Part shown: one piece after another, positions 25,694 to 35,800 of the stretch
Numbering within the stretch: the first letter of the stretch is position 1
Layout of the letters: the number at the start of each line of letters is the position of its first letter
Assembly: GCF_963921235.1 (NCBI RefSeq)
Contig: NC_086101.1
Coordinates: 9,240,001-9,304,000 of the forward strand
Source of the DNA: Mobula hypostoma
Taxonomy: Eukaryota
Direction: 5' to 3'
DNA length: 64,000 nt
Position numbers and translations under genes: made by a program
The notes under the pieces: model-generated
Database searches by the model: none
What the model saw: only the letters and a program-made list of their open reading frames with translations
Told to the model about the DNA's origin: nothing

Positions 25694-28600
25694 TGGCTAC
25701 AGCGGCTGGCCATCAGGACAGCCTCCTGTATGTCTGGGACAAGCAGTCGGGACGCCGCTTTTTGGTTGACACCGGAGTGGATTTTCAGCGTTTTACCTCC
25801 AACGAGTTACGACACCCGCAACAGAGAACCGGGACCCACCCTGAGGGCCGCTAATGGCAGCACAATACGAACCTACGGCACCCGCATGGTGCGGCTACAG
25901 TTCAGCTCCAGCCGGTTCACGTGGGACTTCACACTGGCCGCCGTGGCCCAACCACTCCTGGGGGCGGATTTTCTACGAGCCCACAGCCTGCTGGTCGACT
26001 TGCAAGGGAAGCGATTAGTCCACACCAAGACTTTTCAAACGTTCTGCCTGGGTGAAGCACAGTTGCCAGCCCCACACCTGGACTCCACCACGCTGTCCGA
26101 CGATGAATTCACTAGGGTCCTGGCGGATTTCCCATCAGTACTGACACCGCAGTTCACGGCAGCCATGCCCAGACACGAAGTACAGCACCACATCCCGACC
26201 CAGGGACCACCTTTCCACGCCCGTGCTCGAAGGCTTCCCCCGGACAAGCTCCGACTGGCGAAGGAGGAGTTCAAGAAGATGGAGGAATTGGGGATCATAC
26301 GACGGTCCGACAGCCCATGGGCCTCCCCCCTTCACATCGTGCCCAAGGCAACGGGGGACTGGAGACCATGCGGTGACTACCGCAGACTGGACGAGGCTAC
26401 AACGCCAGACCGCTACCCTGTGCCGCACATTCAAGACTTCGCAGCAAACCTACACGGCGCAAGGATCTTTTCCAAGGTAGACCTCGTCCGGGGATACCAT
26501 CAAATCCCTGTACATCCGGACGACATCCCCAAAACAGCACTTATCACCCCGTTCGAACTTTTCGAATTCCTCCGAATGCCGTTTGGCCTAAAGAATGCCG
26601 CACAGACTTTCCAGCGGCTAATGGACGCGGTGGGACGCGATCTGGTCTTTGCATTCATCTATTTGGACGACATCCTCATAGCCAGCAGTAGTCGTCAGGA
26701 ACATCTGTCCCACCTCCGCCAGCTCTACTCCCGCCTGAGTGCATTCGGCCTTACAATCAACCCAGCCAAATGTCAGTTCGGACTTGACACCATCGACTTC
26801 CTGGGCCACAGGATTACTAAAGACGGGGCAACCCCGCTGCCCGCCAAGGTAGACGCGGTTCGCAACTTCCCCCAACCCAAAACAATCAAAGGCCTGCAGG
26901 AATTCGTGGGTATGGAGAATTTCTACCACCGTTTCCTCCCCTCAGCAGCCCGAACCATGCGACCCCTGTTCACTCTAATGTCGGGTAAGGGCAAGGACAT
27001 TACCTAGGACGAAGAGGCCGCAACCGCTTTCCTTAAAACCAAAGAGGCCTTAGCAAACGCCGCGATGCTAGTACACCCCAGAACGGACGTTCCTACTGCC
27101 CTCACGGTGAACGCATCCAACACTGCGGTCGGTGGAGTGCTGGTACAATTCATCGAGGGTCGCTGGCAACCCCTGGCGTTCTTCAGCAAACACCTACGAC
27201 CGCCCGAAGTCAAATACAGTGTTTTCGACCGGGAGCTATTGGCACTATACCTGGCAAACTGGCATTTCAGGTACTTCTTAGCGCCTACCTTGGCCCTTCA
27301 CCGCGTTCACTGACCACAAACCGCTTACCTTTGCGTTCATGAAGGTGTCCGACCCCTGGTCGTCCCGCCAGCAGCGACATCTGTCCTACATCTCCGAGTA
27401 CACGACGGACATCCGGCATGTCTCTGGAAAGAACAACGTCATGGCGGACGCACTTTCCAGACCTACCATACAGGCCCTGTCCCAGGGGGTGGACTATGCA
27501 GCGCTGGCAGAGGCACAACAGGCAGACGCTGAGATCCCCAGTTACAGGACTGCAGTCTCCGGTTTGCAGCTCCAAGACCTCCCCGTAGGCCCCGGTGAGA
27601 GGACCCTACTATGTGACGTAGCTACCGGCCAACCCCGCCCCGTCGTCCCAGCAGCCTGGCGCCGGCGGGTTTTCGAGTCCATTCATAACTTAGAGCACCC
27701 CTCCATCATGACAACTGTCCGGCTGGTCTCCAACAGGTTCGTGTGGCATGGGCTTCGTAAACAGGTCAGTGAATGGGCCAAAACGTGTCTGCAGTGCCAA
27801 ACGGCCAAGGTGCAGCGGCACACCAAGGCTCCGCCGCAGCGGTTCGAACCCACCCGCCGGAGGTTCGACCACATTCATGTGGATATCGTGGGGCCCCTGC
27901 CAGTGTCACGAGGAGCGCGGTACCTCCTAACTATGATAGACCGGTTCACCAGATGGCCAGAGGCGGTCCCGCTCACCGACACCACCTCCGAATCCTGCGC
28001 CCCAGCACTGATCGCAACCTGGGTAGCCCGCTTCGGGGTACCGGCCCACATTACCTCCGACAGGGGCGGGCGCCTAGTTCACCTCCAGCCTGTGGTCGGC
28101 TATGGCCAACCTTTTAGGATCGCAGCTACACCACACAACTGCCTACCACCCACAGTCGAACGGACTAGTGGAGCGCTTCCACCGTCACCTGAAATCGGCT
28201 CTCATGGCCTGCCTGGAGGGGCCTAACTGGGTGGACGAGCTTCCCTGGGTCCTGCTCGGAATCCGCACGGCGCCCAAAGAGGATCTGCACACCTCGTCGG
28301 CCGAGTTGGTGTACAGCGCACCCCTGGTAGTCCCAGGAGAGTTCATACCAGCCCCAAGAGGGCAAGAGGAAGACCCCACAGCAGTCCTGGACAGACTACG
28401 GGAGAGGCTTGGTAACTTGGCCCCCATCCCCACTTCACAGCACGGACAGAGCCCGACCTGCGTACCCAAAGACCTGCAGAACTGTAAGTTTCTTTTTTTA
28501 CGGCGGGGCGGACACCGGGCACCGCTACAGCGGCCCTACGAGGGGCCGTTTAAGGTGATGAGGAACAACGGGTCCACGTTCGTGCTAGACATTGCGGGGA

Positions 28601-28773
28601 GAGAGGTGGTTTTCACGGTGGACCGACTCAAACCGGCCCATGTGGACTTGGCGCAGCCGGTCCGGGCTCAGGCACCGCGGCGCAGGGGCAGACCTCCCAA
28701 ACAGAGGCCGATGCAGACTGTGGACATTGGGGGAGGTATCGCCGGTTCTGGGGGGGGGGGGGGCGTTATGTGA
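25666..28773 (+). pseudogene. pol: Gypsy Pol (PR-RT-RNaseH-IN), disrupted
   Basis: LVDTG, SPWASP, YLDD, HVDIVGP, TSDRG, YEGPF spread over several frames. Confidence 0.9.
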
Positions 28774-29989
28774 CGAACCACTTTCTGGCACACACAAACC
28801 GGCTCACTATAGCGCGCGCAGGCAGGGGGCCGGCAGCAAAAAGAGCGCCAGGCCATCTTCACCAGCAGGGGGAAAATCCCGCGCGCAGAAAGGGTCTGGG
28901 AATATGCATTCCCCACTGCAGTCCCGCCCCAGGGAGGGCGGGAACGGGAAGGCTTTAAAGCGGGCCGCGAAGTTTGAATAAATCTCTTTCATCGCAACTC
29001 TAACTCACCGACTCCGTGTGGTTATTCTAGCGCTGTGTGTAGCACGCCGCTACATGCCAATCAATATTAGGGAAGTTAAAGTCACCCACGATAACAACCC
29101 TGTTATTTTTGCACCCTTCCAAAATCTGCCTCCCAATCTGCTCCTCCGTATCTCTGCTGCTACCAGGGGGCCCAAAGAATACTCCCAATAGAGTAACTGC
29201 TCCCTTCCTGTTCCTAACCTACCCATACTGACTCAAAAGAGGATCTTGCTACATTACCCACCCTTTCTGTAGCTGTAATAGTATCCCTGACCAGTAATGC
29301 CACCCCTCCTCCCCTATTTCCCCCCTCTCTATCTCTTTTAAAGCACCGAAATCCTGGAATATTGAGAATCCATTCCTGCCCTGGTGCCAGCCAAGTCTCT
29401 GTAATGGCCACTACATCATAATTCCATGTATGTATCCAAGCTCTCAGTTCATCACCTTTGTTCCTGATGCTTCTTGCATTGAAGTACACACACTTTTGCC
29501 CTTCTACCTTACTACCTTTATTCTGTTTCTCTTTCCTCAAACCCTGTTTGTATGTTAGATCTGCCTTTACTCCATGCACTGTACTTGCTGTTCTCGCATG
29601 ACCTTTATCCTCCTCCACCTCGAACACTTCATCCTCATCTGCTCTAACCCTCTGATTCTCCTCCCCCTGCAAATCTAGTCTAAACCCCCCCCCCCCCACT
29701 GCACAGCAGCACTAGCAAATCTTCCCGCAAGGATGTTAGTCCCCCTCCAGTTCAGGTACAACCTGTCCCATTGGAACAGGTCCCACCTTCTCTGGAACAA
29801 GGCCAATTGTCCAGAAACATGAAGCCCTCCCTCCTGCACCAGATGTACAGATGTTGTGGGAGGCCAGTTTGGGACAACGACAATCCTGAACAGTCAAGAT
29901 GTCTGCATGGTGAAAATCAGTTTACGATTACAGTATTTGAGATAAAATACATCATTTTGTGACTCTGAACCTTAACTGAAATCTCTCAC

Positions 29990-30223
29990 CATGAGGAATA
30001 TGATATTGTTTTGTCGATCCGTCTGTTCCTGTAACTTTGAAGTTTCCTCCTGGATGGAATTTAAATTCTCTTGAATCTCTCAAAGATTTTTTCCCATCGG
30101 ATTCAGAATCCTCTCCTCTTCTTCGCTCAGATTTCGGAGTGCACACTGCTCTTTCTCTGTGAGAACCTGGCGCAGTTCAGCAAACTGGGATGTGATCTGG
30201 GACTGAAGGCTGTGTGACTGTTC
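29990..30223 (-). CDS. TRIM exon 3 (coiled-coil, 234 bp) with nonsense codon
   Basis: tttgacag|GAACAG...CTCATG|gtgaga; EQSHSLQSQITSQFAELRQVLTEKEQ..KNL*EIQENL. Confidence 0.9.
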
Positions 30224-30299
30224 CTGTCAAATGAAAGGAGAGGCCAGTTTACTATTTGAGGCTATTTTTTGTATTTCCTTCTGACATGGAAGGTAACCA

Positions 30300-30575
30300 T
30301 TCAGCCCATGCTAGTCTCTGCTAGTTCTCAGAACAATCCCCTCCAACACATTCCCCCGCGTCTCCCTGAAACATGCATTCCATCCCTGACCGACAAACTC
30401 CGACCTGATTCACACACTGCCCACAATCACAAGGTTAATTACAGTAGCCACTTTACCGTTCAACCATGCAATGTCGGCTAAAGGAAGGTACTGGTTATGG
30501 GGAGTACATGCAAACTCCACGCAGACAGCTCCAGGGGTCAGCATCGATCCCAGGTTACTGGAGCTGCAATACTCT
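30300..30575 (-). mobile_element. Degenerate tRNA-derived SINE (HE1/V-SINE-like)
   Basis: CAAACTCCACGCAGACAG core and B-box-like ATCGATCCC on +; CR1-like tail. Confidence 0.5.
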
Positions 30576-30640
30576 GCTACTCTGCATTAAAGGCCAGAAA
30601 ACTACACAGCGAATTTGTAAATTCTGCTCAGGAGATTCAC

Positions 30641-30736
30641 CCGAACTCCGGAAATCTTCTCTTTCTGTTGTTGTTCCATTTCCTCAACATCTGATTTCTT
30701 CTTAGTGAGAGAGTCTAAGAAAGGTTTATCCCGATC
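30641..30736 (-). CDS. TRIM exon 2 (coiled-coil, 96 bp)
   Basis: ttcccag|GATCGG...GTTCGG|gtgaat; DRDKPFLDSLTKKKSDVEEMEQQQKEKISGVR. Confidence 0.9.
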
Positions 30737-30814
30737 CTGGGAATCAGAGAGTGAAGACATTAGACCAAAATATGCAACTAACTAAACAACTGATCAAAAC
30801 CTGGTTAGTTTTAC

Positions 30815-31225
30815 CTTGTAGATTTCAACGGCTTCGTTAACCGGCATGAAGTTGTGAGACTTGTGTTCCCGCGCAGTCGCACAGATCAGGCAGATCAGTG
30901 TCTTGTCCGTCTCACAAAACAGCTTCAGTTCTTCCCCATGTTCCTCGCAGTGAAGTTTACTTTCCTTCTCTTTCGGATTCAGGTTTTGTTTTCGAGCTTT
31001 CTCAGACAGATTTGCTAAGGCCCAACTGACCCTGAGGGTGCGGTCTGCAAACTCCTCTCTACATTCCGGGCAGGAGTTTCTCACCTCCCTTTCCCAGTGG
31101 TGTGTGATACAGGAGCGACAGTAGTTGTGTCCACAGTCCAGTATAACCGGATCGGTGAAGAAATCCAGGCAGATGGGACAAATTACCTCCTCGGTTAAAC
31201 TCTCGGCCTGTTCTTTCGAAGCCAT
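30815..31225 (-). CDS. TRIM exon 1: C3HC4 RING + B-box2
   Basis: MASKEQAESLTEEVICPICLDFF..CGHNYCRSC..CPEC; CEEH..FCETD..ICLIC..HKSH; donor AAG|gtaaaa. Confidence 0.95.
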
Positions 31226-31237
31226 GTTAACTCCCGG

Positions 31238-31360
31238 CACTTCCTGTTTCGGGATCCTTTCGCATTCGGGGGTGGGGAGCGGGGGGTGGGGGGGCGGGGG
31301 GGCGGGGGGGGGGGCTGCTGCACGCCTGCGGTACTGCGATTGTCCTCTAGGGGCGCTGCA
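31238..31360 (-). promoter_or_regulatory. Putative TRIM promoter/5' region: ETS-IRF composite motif, GC boxes, G-tract
   Basis: GAAACAGGAAGTG at 31250-31238; G-runs with GGGCGG at 31268-31314; CpG-rich. Confidence 0.45.
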
Positions 31361-32116
31361 GTTTTGGGAATGAATGTTCCTTTTCAGTGAGCAGGAATCG
31401 TGTTCATTTCCACAGCAGGGATTAGCAGCACTTTAAACAAGTCTAACATAAATAAAGCCGCAGAGAAGAGCTTGGTTCAGTCTACGGCAGGACTGAAGGG
31501 ACAAGTCCTGAAACGAGAGACACAAGGAATTGTAAAAATGCAGGAATCCGGAGGGGAAAGAGAGCTGCTGGAGGAACTAAGCAGGTCAGACAGCATTTGT
31601 GGATAAAAATAGACAGGAGATATTCTGGGTTGAGACAGTCCAGATGAAGGTTATCAATCCGAAATGTCGATTGTCCATTTCTCTCCACAGATGCTGCCTA
31701 ACCCTCGGTGTTCCTATTAAAGCTCGTTTTTTTTTTTTAGATTGAGGATTAAAGGGAGTCAGACTGAGATTTAAAAAACTGTGATTAATGTAAATTTAGA
31801 GCAACTATTAAATCAGTTAATGATATGGAACACGGGATGTGGAGAGAATCTGCTGTGAGGAGATTGATACAGTGGCGATGACAAAGATGTGGCTGCAGGA
31901 ATCACCACAGGCTGGACATTGTACGTCACAGTGTGGAAAACATTCAACTCCTGATTTCCGTTTCCCTTCTTGACTTCACCACATACAGCCCAGCTCCAAA
32001 GGTCCGGTCTCACTTGTTCTGAACAGGACCCACATGTGGAAATGATTTCCCCCCTGCCTGTCTTCTAAACCCTGTCAGCCTCAGAGAGCAGGGGCACTGG
32101 GCTGGAATCTCCAGTC

Positions 32117-32310
32117 ACAAACAGAAGAGATTCTGCAGATGCTGGAATTCCGGAGCAACACACACAATATACTGGAGGAACTCAGCCAGTCAGGCAGCAT
32201 ATGGAGAGGAATAAACTGCGCTTCAGTCTGAAACGACGACTGTTCTCCTCTCCAGAGTTGCTGCCTGACCCCCTGAGTTCCTCCAGTATTTTGATTGTGT
32301 TGCTCTGCAA
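32117..32310. repeat. Fold-back pair of Penelope-derived termini
   Basis: CAACACACACAATATACTGGAGGAACTCAG..GGCAGCA, then its near reverse complement TGCTGCC..CTGAGTTCCTCCAGTATT..GTGTTG. Confidence 0.6.
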
Positions 32311-32857
32311 TCTCCACGTCACTGAGTCTGACAGTCTTCATCAGGCACCTTCCACAACAGCAGCTCGAGGGACAGAGGGACTGGGGGTTGGATTGTGGGT
32401 GTGGGGACCAGTCTCCCACTTAAATATGGCTCAGATGCAACAGCACAGAAAGAACCTGCCAGAGTTTCTAGAACAAGTCAGTTCATTCAGACCCTGTTAC
32501 AGTGAAGATCGGGGAACACTTCGAGTGTCATCGCAAAGATACTCCACTGAGTCAATGATCTTACGGCTTCCTGTTATACAATGGTGACATGTGGATTTCA
32601 CAAAAAATAATCAGGAATCTATATTTCTCTGTGGCCTCTCTCTATCTCACTGACAACCATTTCCCAGTGCTCTCTGTAATTCATTGTTTTCATCTCTGAC
32701 TCTGGTTTCCTGCCGTGACTCTCATTATCTGATGATAAACTCTCCTGCCATGGTCTGCAATCCAACCTCCGTCTGTTTACCTTTGATTTAGTGAGCTTCG
32801 TCTTGCTGACTGAACACATGCACAATCTAATCACTGCACTGACTGTCATATTGTCTC

Positions 32858-35800
32858 TTTTTTTTTCCAAAAATACTTTATTCAGAAATATTACAAAATA
32901 AAAATAATTACGTACAAGAAAAGAAAACCATTCGTTGACTGTGAGTCCTTATTCAATACAGTTATTAACAATAAAAATTTTGCGTTGACTCTCTGTTTAT
33001 TTACAAATGAAAGATGTTTACAGTAAATCATGCGTTTACTCTCAACCCTTGGTCAAGAGTTAACACTTATTAACAATCAAATTATCAACAATACAGGCAG
33101 GTAATGGCTCTAATACTTTCCCCAAATTAACAATTCCACCCACTCCTTGGGCACCATGTTGATTATCTGTCCACACCGCTGATGAGGGTAGGTCTCCTCC
33201 CCACCCAACCCCTCCCATTCCCACGGGTGATGAACGTTAAACTGTAGTCCTTCCCCACCGGGCCTTCGCGGTGGCCGCACCAAGTTTGAGTGCATCCCTC
33301 AGCACGTACTCCTGCAGACGAGAGTGTGCCAGTCGGCAGCATTCAATCACTGACATCTCCATCTGCTGGCAGACCATCAAGTTTCGGGCCGACCAAAGAG
33401 CGTCTTTCACCGAATTGATGATCTGCCAGCAGCACCGGGTTGTTGGTCTCCGTGTGCGTCCCTGGGAACAGCCCGTAGATCACGGAGTACTCGGTAACGC
33501 AGCTGCTGGGCATGAATCTTAGTACTGTCCCTTCCATTCTCCTCCACACCTTCTTCGCGAACGCACAGTGTGCAAAGAGGTGAGCCCCCGACTCCACCCC
33601 ATTACAGTCCTCCCGTGGGCAGTGGGGTGTGGAGGAACCGTTCCGGGCGTACAGGAGGGATCTGACTGGGAGGGCCCCTCTCACCGCCAGCCAGGCTAGG
33701 TCTTTGTGCCTGTTGGTGAGATCTGGCGATGAGGCATTTTGCCAGATGAACTGGACAGTCTGCTCAGGGAACCACCCCACTGTGTCCATCATGTCCTTCT
33801 CCTGCAGTGCCTGCAGGACATTACGTGCCGACCACTGTCTAATGGCCCTGTGGTCAAAGGCGTTGGTCTTGAAGAATTTTTCTACGAAGGACAGGTAAGG
33901 GGGCAACGACCAGCTGACAGGGGTGTTGCGCGGGAAAGGGGCCAGACCCATCCTTCGTAGCCAGGGCGACAGGTAAAACCTGGGCACATAGTAGTACTTT
34001 GTGCCCACGTATCTGGGATCCACGCACAACCTGATGCAGCCACACACGAAGCTGGCCATCAGGGTGAGGGCGACATTGGGGACGTTCTTGCCCCCATTGT
34101 CCAGGAACTTGTGCATGATGGTCTGTCTGACCCACTCCATCTCCAGACGATTCTGAAGATTGCTCAGGTGATTTCCGAGCTGTAGGAGCGGGGGACGGGC
34201 CAGATCTGCGCCAAGTACAGCAGCCCTGAGAGCACCTCACACCTGATGACCAGGTTCTTGCCCGTTATCGACAGGGAGTGCCCTCCCCACAGACCCAGTT
34301 TCTGTTTCATCTTGGCAGTCCGCTCCTGCCAGTTCTTGTTGCACGCCTCAGCCCCTCCGAACTAGATCCCCAACACCTTCACGTGATCAGACCTGATGGT
34401 GAAGGGGACGCTGGATCGGTCGGGCCAGTTGCCGAAGAGCATGGCTTTGCTCTTCGTGCGGCTGACCGTGGCCCCCGACGCTAGCTCGAACTGTTCGCAG
34501 GTGCCAATCAACCTACGAACTGACCTCGGATCAGAGCAGAAGACGGTGACGTCGTCCATGTACAGAGAGGTTTTCACTTGGGTCCCTCCACTCCCTGGCA
34601 TCATCACCCCTCTTATGCCCTCATCCCTCCTGATGGCTTCGGCAAAGGGTTCTATGCAGCAGACAAACTAGACAGGGGAGAGGGGACAGCCCTGCCTGAC
34701 TCCAGACCTGATGGGGAAGCTGTCTGTTTCCCACCCGTTGACCTGGACTGCACTACGGATGTCTGTGTAGAGCAGTCTGATCCAATTCCGGATTCACTCC
34801 CCAAATCCCATTTTGGAGAGCACGTCCGCCATGTCCGTGTGCGATATCCTGTCGAAGGCTTTCTCCTGGTCCAAGCTGATCAGGCAGGCGTCCACCCCCC
34901 TGTCCTGCACGTAGGCGATGGTGTCCCTCAGCAGCGCGAGGCTGTCTGAGATCTTCCTGCCCGGTACAGCACAGGTTTGGTCCGGGTGGATCACCTGTCC
35001 CAGAGCAGACTTGACCCTGTTGGCGATAGCCTTGGACAGGATCTTGTAGTCCACATTCAGGAGAGAGATGGGTCTCCAATTTCTAATGTCCTCCCTTTCC
35101 CCCTTCTGCTTGTAGATGAGGGTGATGATGCCCTTCCTCATGAACTCAGACATACTGCCGGCCAGAAGCATAGCGTTGTACACTTCCAGCAGGTTTGGGC
35201 CCATCCAGTTCCACAGAGCCGAGTACAACTCAGCCGGTAAGCCGTCGCTTCCGGGAGTCTTACCCGACCCAAAGGAACGGATGGAGCCTGTCAGCTCGTC
35301 CAGGGTCAGTGGCTGATCCAGACTTTCCCGCTTGCCGTCGTCTAAGACCTGCGTGATAGACGACAGGAAGTTGCGGGAGGCTGTGGATTCTGTGGCCTTT
35401 TCGTCGTACAGACCGGCATAGAAGGACTTGCAGATCCTCAGTATGTCGGTCTGCGAGGACGCGACTGAGCCGTCCTCTTCCTTAAAGGCGACCAAAGAGC
35501 GTCTTTCACCGAGTTGATGATCTGCCAGCAGCACCGGACGTTGGTCTCTGTGTGCGTCCCCCGGGAACAGCCCATAGATCAGAGAGTCCTCTGTTACGCA
35601 GCTGCTGGGGATGAAACGTGATGCTAGCCCGTCCATCCTTCTCCACACCCTCTCTGCGAACTCACAGTGTGCAAAGGGGTGGGTCACAGACTCCTCCTCA
35701 CTGCAATCCTCCCGTGGGCAGCGGGGTGTGGAGGTGACGTTCCGGGCATACAGGAGGGATCTGACTGGGAGGGCCCCTCTCACATCCAGCCAGGCGAGGT

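Larger units (their letters stand above)
24663..29054 (+). mobile_element. Gypsy/Metaviridae LTR retrotransposon, complete but inactivated
   Basis: LTRs 24663-24948 and 28769-29054; TSD TGCC; PBS TGGTGACCCCGACG (tRNA-Trp type) 24951-24964; poly-G PPT; gag-PR-RT(YLDD)-RH-IN(GPF) order; stop at 27005-27007 and frameshifts. Confidence 0.96.
21556..29830 (-). mobile_element. CR1 LINE in TRIM intron 3, host of nested insertions
   Basis: TAGAACA tail; RT 22131..23060; APE start YFNARSIRNKGDEL (29214..29699); interrupted at ~22165-22250 (PLE piece), 23337 (solo LTR) and 24663 (Gypsy). Confidence 0.92.
15385..31225 (-). pseudogene. TRIM (RING-Bbox2-CC-PRY/SPRY; A33/NF7/TRIM39-like) gene, 6 exons, ~471 aa if repaired, premature stop in exon 3
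   Basis: Exons 31225-30815, 30736-30641, 30223-29990, 20192-20170, 20073-19955, 15917-15385; all introns GT-AG and phases consistent; in-frame TGA at 30082-30080. Confidence 0.9.
8958..32030. repeat. Segmental duplication unit A (TRIM unit), paralogous to 41881-63803
   Basis: Colinear matches 8958-12664~41881-45585, 15320-15425~61170-61297 and 31511-32030~63307-63803, with identical TE junctions. Confidence 0.92.
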
